From: a virus
Taxonomy: Duplodnaviria > Caudoviricetes
DNA: 64,000 nt
Strand: one strand, 5' to 3'
Virus record (IMG/VR): IMGVR_UViG_3300013103_000006
Coordinates: 10,927 to 74,926 of that record
In this document: piece by piece, positions 26,342 through 35,900 of the stretch
Layout: each line of letters starts with the position of its first letter
Numbering within the stretch: the first letter of the stretch is position 1
The notes under the pieces: model-generated
The model's input: only the letters and a program-made list of their open reading frames with translations
Database searches by the model: none
What the model was told of the DNA's origin: nothing
Program-made: the position numbers and the translations under genes

Positions 26342-26883
26342 AAGAATTTTGGAATAAACGATATAAGAGTAATCCAGAGAAAGGAAGTGGGCCAGGAAGT
26401 AGAGGAGAGTATGCTTTGAAGAAACAAGAAATAGTGAGAAATATCATCAAAGAAAAGGAAATAAAATCAGTGTTAGATTTAGGTTGTGGCGACTTATACT
26501 GGATAAAAGATTTGAATATTCAACACTATACAGGAGTTGACTACTCTGATGTTATTATTGAGAGAAATAAACAACTAAAACCTGAATGGAACTTTATGGT
26601 CTTTGATTTCTCGAAAGAGGATTTAGATTTAAAAGCAGACCTAGTCCTACTCATTGATGTTTTGATTCATCAAAGAGAAAAGAAGTCATATTTACAGGTT
26701 TGGAAAAATACATTAAATAATGCTAAAAGAGTTATCCTTGTATCTAGCTGGGAGAAAGAGCCAGTCTCTCACTATGAAAATATATTCTTTCACGAGACTA
26801 TTCATGATTTATTAAAGGATTTTGATTATAAGATACTCTATAAATATAGAGAAAGCGCGTTAGCAATTGTCAATCTAAAATAA
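26338..26883 (+). CDS. Class I SAM-dependent methyltransferase
   Basis: SGPGS, VLDLGCGD, YTGVD. Confidence 0.88.
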   Translation: MKEFWNKRYKSNPEKGSGPGSRGEYALKKQEIVRNIIKEKEIKSVLDLGCGDLYWIKDLNIQHYTGVDYSDVIIERNKQLKPEWNFMVFDFSKEDLDLKADLVLLIDVLIHQREKKSYLQVWKNTLNNAKRVILVSSWEKEPVSHYENIFFHETIHDLLKDFDYKILYKYRESALAIVNLK

Positions 26884-28312
26884 ATCCTTCAATTTTAACG
26901 AAATATTCATTAGAATCTGTTATTCTTTCTGTGTAGTTTCTAACTCCTATAGTTATAGAATCTTCCATATTAGCAAGTTGATATCCGGTTTTTGGAGTGA
27001 TAGTTAGAGTGTTATAGCCAAATGAAGTGTCATAATAATGAGGTCTACCAAGAATTTGATACATCTCTGCTACCGCTCCTGGCCTAATATGGCTTCTTAA
27101 AAGATTTCTTTGACTCTGGTTAAGCCATGTTTCTATTACCACAGAATAATCATTTCTATCCCAACGAGAACACCAACAATCGAAGGATATATTTGTTTGA
27201 CTTGGATTATTAACAGCTACAGCTGTGTTCCCGCCAATTTCATCATCAAGAGAATTAAATAATTTATACCACAGTATTAAAGAATCAGGAGTATAATTTG
27301 GATCTAAATAATCAGCTTTTACTTCTGCAGCGGTAAGTGCTTTATTGAATATCTTTACATTAGCTATAGTTCCATACGGAACCGTTGTGTAGAAATTTTT
27401 TCCGATTGTGATTTTGCCACTAGCATCTATTACACTTCCTGAAGTATCTTCATCGATGAATTCGCCATTCAAATAAAGCGTTCTAGTGGTGGAATTAGCT
27501 TCCCATACCCCGACTACATGGTACCATGAATTAAAATTACCCGAACCTAATAACAAAGCATTTCCATCTAAGAAAAGTTTTATTTTAAAAGTAGTAGTAG
27601 TTGAATCTTTAAGATGAATACCAAGGTCAAACGATTTCCCAACCAATTGCCAGCTAGCCCACGCTGGATCGTGAGAATTATATAAGGGTTTAACCCAACA
27701 AGAGAGCGTAATGCCATGAGAAGTTAAATCCAAATCTACTGAATCTGAGGATTCAAGATATTCCGTTCCTCCAGTAAAATAATAAGCTGCATTTGGAATA
27801 GAGACTGTCATATCGCCAGGAGTCAAATCCCCATCAACCTCAAAGGTCATATCTGCGGAAGTTGGAGAGCCCCAAGAACCTGATGAATACAATAACCAAG
27901 CACCACCAGAATAGTTACCGGATGAAGACTTCATATAGAAGCTTACTTGATTAGAGGAATCAGCAGGAGAAGAAGGTGTGATTACAATCGCATATTGGGT
28001 AGAGGGCTGGAGGCGGATAGATGGGAGATTAAACGTATACCAAGAATAGTCAGTAGGAAGAGAGGCAGAGGAAAAAGTCTGAGATGTTAGGACTGTTCCT
28101 GTAGGTTTACCGTCATCATCGACGGTCTCAATTGATATTGTTATATCTCCGGGACTGCCATATCTAGCAACTCTAAACTTTACTGCTCTTAATATCCATC
28201 TTGTATTAAGACCTATCGCACCGATAGTAAATGTCTGAGCAAATTTCCAGTCTGTGGTGCTAAGCCCTTTATGCCCATCATATTCATAATAGTATTCTAT
28301 CACCTGAGTCAT
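26870..28312 (-). CDS. Virion adhesin: beta-sandwich plus LamG plus C-terminal distal-tail-like domain
   Basis: LamG signatures (ITLSCWVK, WYHVVGV, LYLNG, IFNKALT); C-terminal ~100 aa paralogous to 28309..28635. Confidence 0.75.
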   Translation of the reverse strand: MTQVIEYYYEYDGHKGLSTTDWKFAQTFTIGAIGLNTRWILRAVKFRVARYGSPGDITISIETVDDDGKPTGTVLTSQTFSSASLPTDYSWYTFNLPSIRLQPSTQYAIVITPSSPADSSNQVSFYMKSSSGNYSGGAWLLYSSGSWGSPTSADMTFEVDGDLTPGDMTVSIPNAAYYFTGGTEYLESSDSVDLDLTSHGITLSCWVKPLYNSHDPAWASWQLVGKSFDLGIHLKDSTTTTFKIKLFLDGNALLLGSGNFNSWYHVVGVWEANSTTRTLYLNGEFIDEDTSGSVIDASGKITIGKNFYTTVPYGTIANVKIFNKALTAAEVKADYLDPNYTPDSLILWYKLFNSLDDEIGGNTAVAVNNPSQTNISFDCWCSRWDRNDYSVVIETWLNQSQRNLLRSHIRPGAVAEMYQILGRPHYYDTSFGYNTLTITPKTGYQLANMEDSITIGVRNYTERITDSNEYFVKIEGFILD

Positions 28313-28635
28313 AATTTAATACCTCTGATTTTTATCTTGAACGTATCAGGAGTTAATAGGGTTTCAGAATAATTTTTAACAGCTATTTTCGTTCTAGGTC
28401 TAAGACTATATAAGCCGGAGCCAGACACTGGAGTTAAAAATATTGTATTACCAGATGAATATGTAGTATCAACAAATTTAGGCTCACCAAGAATATCATA
28501 TTGTTTTGCAACAGCTCCTGGAGTAATATTATCGAGTAAATTATCTCGACTGTCCTTATCTGTAATGAATTCAACTATAACCTCATGTTCTTCTTCATCC
28601 CAACGAGAGCATTTGACATATGCTATAGTACTCAT
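28309..28635 (-). CDS. Small tail protein, possible distal-tail component
   Basis: CSRWD, PGAVA...ILG.P...DT, I.VKNYSE shared with the neighbour's C-terminus. Confidence 0.55.
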   Translation of the reverse strand: MSTIAYVKCSRWDEEEHEVIVEFITDKDSRDNLLDNITPGAVAKQYDILGEPKFVDTTYSSGNTIFLTPVSGSGLYSLRPRTKIAVKNYSETLLTPDTFKIKIRGIKL

Positions 28636-30014
28636 TTCTCTATCACCATATTATATCCTTTGAATATAGTCATAGATGCAGTAGTAAATGACTTATCATC
28701 TCCGGTGTCTTCTGTTGTTCCATCTACTTCCTGAGCTCTCGCTCGAAAATGATAAGTCGTGCTAGGAGAAAGGCCTGTAAGACTATAGGAAAAAGTACCA
28801 GTTGAAGTTAGCGTTTGGGTTGGTGTAGAGTTTCCATACGATGTAGTTAATCCCCACTCAAACCAAACATTAACCTGGGATACGCCTTCCATCTTATCTA
28901 AAGACCCGTTAAGAGTAGCATATGTCTTGCCGATGTTTGTAGCCTCTAGAGTAGATACTGCAATATTAGCGGTAGTAACTTGAGTCCAATCACCAAAACT
29001 ATCCCAAGTTGGCTCGGTTGATGAATATTTAGCTATGAAAACCCATGGTGTATATAATTCAATATGCGATAAAGAGCCTCTATAACCTCCATAACCTATA
29101 CAATAATCAGGTGAACCATGATACGCCCATGAATATCCTGGAGATCGTGTATCATGCGTTTCTTCACCATAATAATTATATGCTCCAGTTGTAGAGGGAA
29201 CATTTGATAAGGTATCAGAAGCGAGAGTTGAGGAATAATCATTAGAATATAAATTAGCGGTAATTTCGCTGGAAGTTACACAAATCTCATTTTTAAACCA
29301 TGTAGAGGTTGTGAATGTAACTGTATGATAGGAAGAAGAATAACCAGTTCCGGATACTCTTGAAGCAACCTTCCATGCAAATTTAGTTGAAGATGCACCA
29401 ACATCAGTATCGCAGCACCAAACAGTGTATATACCATTATTTGGTGATGCATTTGTTGTATCTGCTGCTGTGCCTTGAAGACCTTCGCTTCCATAATTAC
29501 CATAATCCCAAGTATTAATTCTGACCTTAAAGATTTGTCTATAAGGTATTGAAACATTAGATATACTACGATAGCGCCCCCAACCATATTTACCATCCGT
29601 TCGTTGAACTGATGTATAAGATGATGTATAATCTGTATCCCATGATTCAAAGAAAATAAATGTATCACTGCCAGAAGAATACTGACTAGCAGCTGAATTA
29701 CCTATAAACATGTATATTGTATCGGAGCCATCAGAAGGTAATTTCACCCAAATAATCGCCTGAGTGGCATCATATTCTTCTATCCACTGAGATAATTGAG
29801 TTGCTGTAGAAGGATTATTAGTCGTACCAAACCTAATATCATCTGGAAAGTTTTCACAGTGATTATCACAATAAACCTCACCATTAGATGGGTTATCAGT
29901 GCCAGTTCCGGAGTAAACAGTCAGCTTCATTTGATAGTTCGCACTGACATTAGCTGAATCTGTAATGTCCAGTTGTTTATAATATGCCCATCCAGTGCTA
30001 GGATTAAGAGCCAT
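28632..30014 (-). CDS. DUF2341-type virion protein with C-terminal FN3 domain
   Basis: W.YYKQL.I...NF.DDIRF...WIE...IWVKLP; GLSPSTTYHFRARA; Ser/Thr-rich. Confidence 0.78.
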   Translation of the reverse strand: MALNPSTGWAYYKQLDITDSANVSANYQMKLTVYSGTGTDNPSNGEVYCDNHCENFPDDIRFGTTNNPSTATQLSQWIEEYDATQAIIWVKLPSDGSDTIYMFIGNSAASQYSSGSDTFIFFESWDTDYTSSYTSVQRTDGKYGWGRYRSISNVSIPYRQIFKVRINTWDYGNYGSEGLQGTAADTTNASPNNGIYTVWCCDTDVGASSTKFAWKVASRVSGTGYSSSYHTVTFTTSTWFKNEICVTSSEITANLYSNDYSSTLASDTLSNVPSTTGAYNYYGEETHDTRSPGYSWAYHGSPDYCIGYGGYRGSLSHIELYTPWVFIAKYSSTEPTWDSFGDWTQVTTANIAVSTLEATNIGKTYATLNGSLDKMEGVSQVNVWFEWGLTTSYGNSTPTQTLTSTGTFSYSLTGLSPSTTYHFRARAQEVDGTTEDTGDDKSFTTASMTIFKGYNMVIEK

Positions 30015-30046
30015 AATTATTTCATATCTCTGTGAGTGACATCAAG

Positions 30047-30103
30047 TGTTACGAAATACACATTGACTAATATAATACTATTCGAACCCTTCATTTCGTA
30101 ACA
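30047..30103. promoter_or_regulatory. Inverted-repeat element, copy 3
   Basis: TGTTACGAAAT-N35-ATTTCGTAACA; intergenic, upstream of the minus-strand ATG at 30014. Confidence 0.85.
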
Positions 30104-30213
30104 GCCTAGGAGAGATATAACAAATTTGATATACAGTGCCTCTCTCCTTGTCAAAGGTCAAAATCTTTACAGAAATGCCTATGTTTGGTCTAAAATCGGT
30201 ATGTGTCAGTGAC

Positions 30214-32973
30214 TTAATCACCAGTCTCCACCTTCCTTTTGAGTCTTTCCACCTCTGCTACTATGTCATAAGGATGCTCACCATAATTCAGTGTTGTAAG
30301 GAATCCATTCCTGTCTATAGATTGAGTATATGAAGCTAAAGGTAAGTCTTCTGATATCCCTAATCTAGCTGAGGAGAAAGTGAATGGTCTGGTGATGTCT
30401 ATATTAGTTCTGCCTTTTATGACTAATCTACCAGTCTTAGAACCAGAAGCGTATTTGGAAAGATAAGCATCAGCATAAGCTTGAGCATCCTCAAGAGTAG
30501 TGATTGATGACTCAGTTACCTTCTTGAAGTGCCTACCATGTTTAGATATCGATAATGGATTTTCTTTATAGTAGGATATGTTGCCTCCACCAAAGCCTAA
30601 TTTAAATGCCATAGAACCTGATGGTATACTTGAATCATCATAGTAATCCTTCCAAGTGACTCCACCATCATCTGAATACATTATCTTGCCATACTCATAC
30701 TGACTTGATGGACTCCAGTAGTATTCCCAGTATTTACCAGAGCCTGATGGATGAGAAATGACTATCCAGTAATAGTTGTTAGGAGTCAATTTTAATTTAG
30801 GAGATGTGTAATTTTGCCAAGCAGACCAAGAAGGTTGGTATGGGACGTCACTAGCCGAGAATGAAATGTCATCTGACCATTCTAATTTACTTCCTGATAA
30901 AGGAGTATTTTCTGCATCAATATAATAACCAGTAATTTTTAAGTAATTTAGACGGGGAGTATTTGGATAATAGCTTCCACTTCCATACCATGGCTTCATG
31001 TATATTTTAATCCTCAGAGAGCTTCCTGGATAAACCTTAGTTCTCTCAGAGCTTAATTTAGTCCAGTGAGCTCCATCATCTGCAGATGCAGATATAGTTA
31101 TTTTATCGAGTCTGTCTCCGGTTATAGCGTCTATTTTAAGATAATCAATCTTAGAAGATAAGTATATCGGAGAATTGGATTCCATGCTACCAGATATTGT
31201 TATTTTATGGAAACACTGAACCTTGGTTTCATATGCCCTTAATTTATAATACCAAGGAGCATGCAATCCATAAATTTTGATTCTGTATTTTTTAATATCT
31301 GTAAAGTATCTCGGCTGGGAATCGGCATAATAAGGCCCTGGTGAAAAACTACTACCATTGAATATTTCCGTATTCGTTTCTCGGGCATGATACCATCCAT
31401 TAGTATACTGCCCTGAAATATACCAGTAATCCATATAAACTGAATCTGATGTACTAGTGTCGGCTTTATCCCATATGCCATATACACAAACCGCAGAAGA
31501 AAATTTATATTCATCTATACTCCAAGGAGCATCAGTTAGTAAATCACCTTCAGCGTATGTATTCTCATCATGGTCGTACATATAAGATTGATTTTCCCAG
31601 CTCGTTGATCCATCTATCTGTATAGCTCTGGATGGGTATACATAGAATAATTCATTTGAACCAGAGATTCTAAGCCGACTATTTTCCACTATTAGATTAT
31701 TGTAATTGAAATTGCTCTCGTAATCAGTGAAATCACTCTCATAGGCTACAAGAGATGCTAACGAATCAGAATCAGCTGTTCTGATATAGTGTTTGTTAAT
31801 TTTTGGAGTATAGCTACCATCAGATGTAAACCAATACCTAATGAAGACATTATCACTCTGGGAACTAAATTCCCACCACTGTCCTGATTTTATTGGAATG
31901 AATGTAGAGCCACTGTCATTGGTACCTGATATGCTGATGTCATCGTAATGCTCCATATCATCTAAATCAACTTGAATGTATTTTGCAGGAGACTGAATCA
32001 AAACTGTTCTGACAGAACCAGAAGTATAATATCCTGAGCCAGAAGGTTCTAATTGAAGATAACTACTGTCAACCGTCATGTTGTATTCTCCTTTTGTAGA
32101 TAGCTTTGACTCATCTGTGAAGTCATCTTCAAAGACTTCATCTGCAGACTGCCAAATCTCAAAATTGAGAGTGGTAGGTTGGTTATCGCCTTCTGTTCTA
32201 CCAAGATATAGTTTGACTCCTCCTAGTCTATCTTTAGTAGCTTTAAATCTTTGAGCTATTAAGACTCCTGATGGTATTACTTTAGATTTACTATGTCTTG
32301 GCTGAGAGACTACATCGGAATATCCAGAGCCACCAATAACTAAAATAGCATTAACTAACTTGTCATCACCAGTTTCATATGGTGTCATCTTGATGATATC
32401 AGAATCTTTAATAGTGAACTGAGGAGTATTATCCTCTGGTTTATAGTACACAAAGGAATCAGATTCATCTACATAGAATTTATAGCCGTCTAGTTTAGCT
32501 AATTTAGCAATTGCATCTCCAACGACATAATCTGTAAAATCAATTTCAGCTATATATGTTCCTGAATTAGCATAGAGAGCTGGAGGAGTTATCGGAGTAT
32601 TATCAGCTATGAGTCTAGAAACTATATAGTGGGAGTATGTGTCCTCAAATGTACCTGATGACACTCTATATCGCCACAAATCGTAAGTCTTGCCTACACA
32701 CTGAATATCAAATACTTTGGTACCAGCGAGACTCTTTCTAACTCTACTAACGTATCCTGAGAACTCAAGAGAACCAGAAATATAAATATGAGCAGTAGAA
32801 TTAATCCTTATTACATCCTCTTGAGATGGCTCTAAATCTACTATTCTAATCTGAGCATCCTTATAATATGCATTATCAGAGTCATTAATAACCACTCTGT
32901 CAATTACATTTGAATCATGAGTAAGAGTTAATGCATCTGTATTTCCAGAATTAAATATGATTTTAAAGTTCAT
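30214..32973 (-). CDS. Tail hub/Tal-like protein with large inserted beta domains
   Basis: Follows the tape measure gene; hub-like N-terminus (FSGYV...QCVG..YDL; LAKLDGYKFYVD) and C-terminus (DAQAYADAYL). Confidence 0.7.
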   Translation of the reverse strand: MNFKIIFNSGNTDALTLTHDSNVIDRVVINDSDNAYYKDAQIRIVDLEPSQEDVIRINSTAHIYISGSLEFSGYVSRVRKSLAGTKVFDIQCVGKTYDLWRYRVSSGTFEDTYSHYIVSRLIADNTPITPPALYANSGTYIAEIDFTDYVVGDAIAKLAKLDGYKFYVDESDSFVYYKPEDNTPQFTIKDSDIIKMTPYETGDDKLVNAILVIGGSGYSDVVSQPRHSKSKVIPSGVLIAQRFKATKDRLGGVKLYLGRTEGDNQPTTLNFEIWQSADEVFEDDFTDESKLSTKGEYNMTVDSSYLQLEPSGSGYYTSGSVRTVLIQSPAKYIQVDLDDMEHYDDISISGTNDSGSTFIPIKSGQWWEFSSQSDNVFIRYWFTSDGSYTPKINKHYIRTADSDSLASLVAYESDFTDYESNFNYNNLIVENSRLRISGSNELFYVYPSRAIQIDGSTSWENQSYMYDHDENTYAEGDLLTDAPWSIDEYKFSSAVCVYGIWDKADTSTSDSVYMDYWYISGQYTNGWYHARETNTEIFNGSSFSPGPYYADSQPRYFTDIKKYRIKIYGLHAPWYYKLRAYETKVQCFHKITISGSMESNSPIYLSSKIDYLKIDAITGDRLDKITISASADDGAHWTKLSSERTKVYPGSSLRIKIYMKPWYGSGSYYPNTPRLNYLKITGYYIDAENTPLSGSKLEWSDDISFSASDVPYQPSWSAWQNYTSPKLKLTPNNYYWIVISHPSGSGKYWEYYWSPSSQYEYGKIMYSDDGGVTWKDYYDDSSIPSGSMAFKLGFGGGNISYYKENPLSISKHGRHFKKVTESSITTLEDAQAYADAYLSKYASGSKTGRLVIKGRTNIDITRPFTFSSARLGISEDLPLASYTQSIDRNGFLTTLNYGEHPYDIVAEVERLKRKVETGD

Positions 32974-35900
32974 AGCTACCAGCCACTCTAGCCTTCATTC
33001 TCAATTTATCTACAAAGTCATCCCAATTAGCCACATGCTCTATGGTTATTGGGCCCATAATATTGAATTCCTCAGTGTTTGTCGTATAAGTGACCGATGT
33101 GCTACCTCCATAAACCCCTCCATATTGAGCTGTTAATTCTGGCAGGTATTCTGGCAGATATCTAGATAGTAGAGCTCTTGCTATAGTTGGTTTTGTAAGT
33201 GGGAGTACAAGCTCTGGACCTTTCTCACCCATGAGAGCAATAGTAGGCTTCGATACTAATCCACCAAACTGGAAGTATCTTAGTACTGAACGCTTGACTG
33301 CTTCTGGAACATTCCAGCGATTAAGCTGTTCCTCCACTGCTTCTCTTACACTACCTCCAGTTCTGCCTCTACCCCCTCCAGTACGAACGACTCTGATTGG
33401 GATTTCTATAGCTGGTATCTCAGTGGTATTAATAGCATCGCGAATAGCATCGAGAGTATTTTGCACTGTGGATATTAATAAACTGCTATCGGGAGCCATA
33501 GCATTAGTGATAGCGTCCCCAACAGGCATCATGTTTGTCTGAACTACTCCCGCAGTTGTTATGCCTACTTCAGCTGTAGAGGAAGTCACAGCGGATGAAA
33601 GCAAGGGAGTGATTAGTCCTATAACAGTTTGGAAGAATGAAGTGGCGAAATTTTCTCCAGTTTTAGCACCACTTTCTTCAGCAACTCCAGATGCTTCCTC
33701 TGTAGCGGAAGATAAAGCTTTCTCCAAATCCTCTTTGGTAATAAGTACTGGTGGAAGATAAATTCCAGATGGTAATTCTTTTGGCTTTGGTATTTTGATG
33801 AGAGTTTTTAGACCTCTAACTGCCTCTATAAAATCATCAATTCCACTTGCATATCCTCTCCATTTCTCTATTTCTTCGTCATATAGGGGAATAACTGTTC
33901 CCTGAAGGAATCTCACAAGATGATTTTCCTTTCCAAATCGTTTTTCTAATGCTGTGGAGATATTTTCTAAGAAATCTCTAATGTTCTCTAGTTTATTAAC
34001 ATATTCAGCTGGATGTAATTTAAGATACATAACTTCAAGCTCTTTTTCGAAATCTTGAATATATCCAATAGCCTCACCGAATGCCTCTTTAACAGCTGTT
34101 GTGAACTCAGTGAAGTCCTCAGCACCAGGTATTAAATCAAGTATCTTTTTCCCAGACATGACATCGTATAATTTCAGATATTCTCCTCCAAGAGTACCAA
34201 GCGTTAATGCAGCTACAGCTTGCTCATCAGTTAAATTCGACCATGATATTGTTTGATCATCTAGAATGTCTCGTATGCTTTGTAATACTTCGCTAGCATC
34301 GTCTCCAAACCAAGCAAGTATACCTAGGCGTCTGGCAGCCTCCATAAACTTCTCGGAGATGGTCGAAAATTCTTCATCAGATAAACTTTCCCATAAATTC
34401 CATATGCTTGTAGCTATGGAGTCTATAGAGTTACGAACATCAGTTGTAGCTTCATCTAAATCGCCTTCAGCAACTCTAATTTGAGAGGAAAGCTGTAACC
34501 ATTCATAAAACGCATCAGCTACCTCTTGAGAAGCTAATCCGGCATCAACTAAAGAAGAAACATATGCAGAAAGAACATCTCTAATATTATTAACTGCAGT
34601 TTCATAAGCAAATAAGGCATTTAGATAATCCTCTATTATGGCTTGATCAGCTGGAGATATAAAGGCCGGCATTTCAGGAATTGCTTCTCCAGCTTCCATC
34701 GCAGCTAAGGCTGTCTGCAACCACAAATCAATTTGTCTTTGTTGATCTGGAGTTAATTTATCCAAAACCGATGCGTATTTCACCTGTGCACGCATCACAT
34801 CACCATAAGACTTCTCAAGATTAACTCTTGCATCTATAAGCTCATCTGTAAGTAAACCTTCTTTAGCAAGGGCATCCCATATTGATTTTAACCGACGAGG
34901 CTCATCCTTTCTAAGCTTATATAATTTCTCTTCGGCTTCTAGGACTCGCAATTCAGCTTCAGCAAGATGTCTTAATCGTTCCTCCATAATTTTATCAATA
35001 TTATTCCTGATATTATTAAGTGCGTTAATCTTGGCTGTTAGAACTGACATTTGTTCAAGGACATCTATGTATTCATAATAGTATTCAATCACTCTGCTAA
35101 CTGCCTCAGCGACAGCTCGCTCTTCAGGAATCATTTCATCCAGCAATTTTGCCCTTTCATTCTCAATTTCCCCGAGCTTTGAAGAAATTGTAGCCAAATC
35201 GCTTGATATCTCCTTCTGCCTCTTCATGGCTTCTATAAGTTTTCCGAAAGCAGCGGATGCCTCCTCGGAGTTTGCTCCGAATTCAGCTACAGCCTCATTA
35301 TATTCATTCTGATATTTCTCTATATCTAGAATCAGCTTTTTATTCTCCTCTTCAAGTTTATTTTGTTCTCTCCTCGTTTTGATATAATTCTCTTCAGTAG
35401 TCATATAGCTCGATAGATTATCAGTAGCACTAGCAGTTATTTTAGTAATCTCCCCAATTATTGACGCGGCTTTGCTCTGAAGTTCACTATAGCTAGAAGT
35501 TAAATTCATTAATTTTTCATATATCTCAGTTGTAAGTTCGCCTTCCTCTTTTAATTCATTTACTGCACTTCGGATATCACGAATAGATTCTGCAACATCT
35601 GTCATTCTTTGCACTACATTCCGAAGCTCATAGAATTTATCGATTAACGAAGAAGCGGCTTCCTTAGCTTTTGCTATGTCAGTCTTCATTCCCAGTACTT
35701 TTTCACCGATTTCCATGAAAGCATGCCTTAGTGGTTTCCAAAATACCGAAAAAAGAATTTGTAAAGCAGCTAGTAGAGCGAAAATGGGATATAATTCCTT
35801 TTTAAATCCTTTCCATGCTGTCTTGGCTAGTCCGATAACTATCAATAAAGAGCTTAATAAGCTTAGCGTAATTTTAAGATATACATTCGTACTCTCCAAG

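Noticed and set aside
29276-29668. Alternative-frame minus ORFs inside structural genes (also 31239..31514, 45699..45929, 50225..50467)
   Set aside because: No RBS or recognisable motif, unlike the overlap in the methylase; likely chance.
14596-30103. MITE interpretation of the TG...CA-ended 57-bp element
   Set aside because: No target-site duplications at any copy, very short, no transposase in the window.
14596-30103. Integron attC interpretation
   Set aside because: Arms run GTT...AAC, the reverse of the RYYYAAC...GTTRRRY order; only three dispersed copies; no integrase seen.
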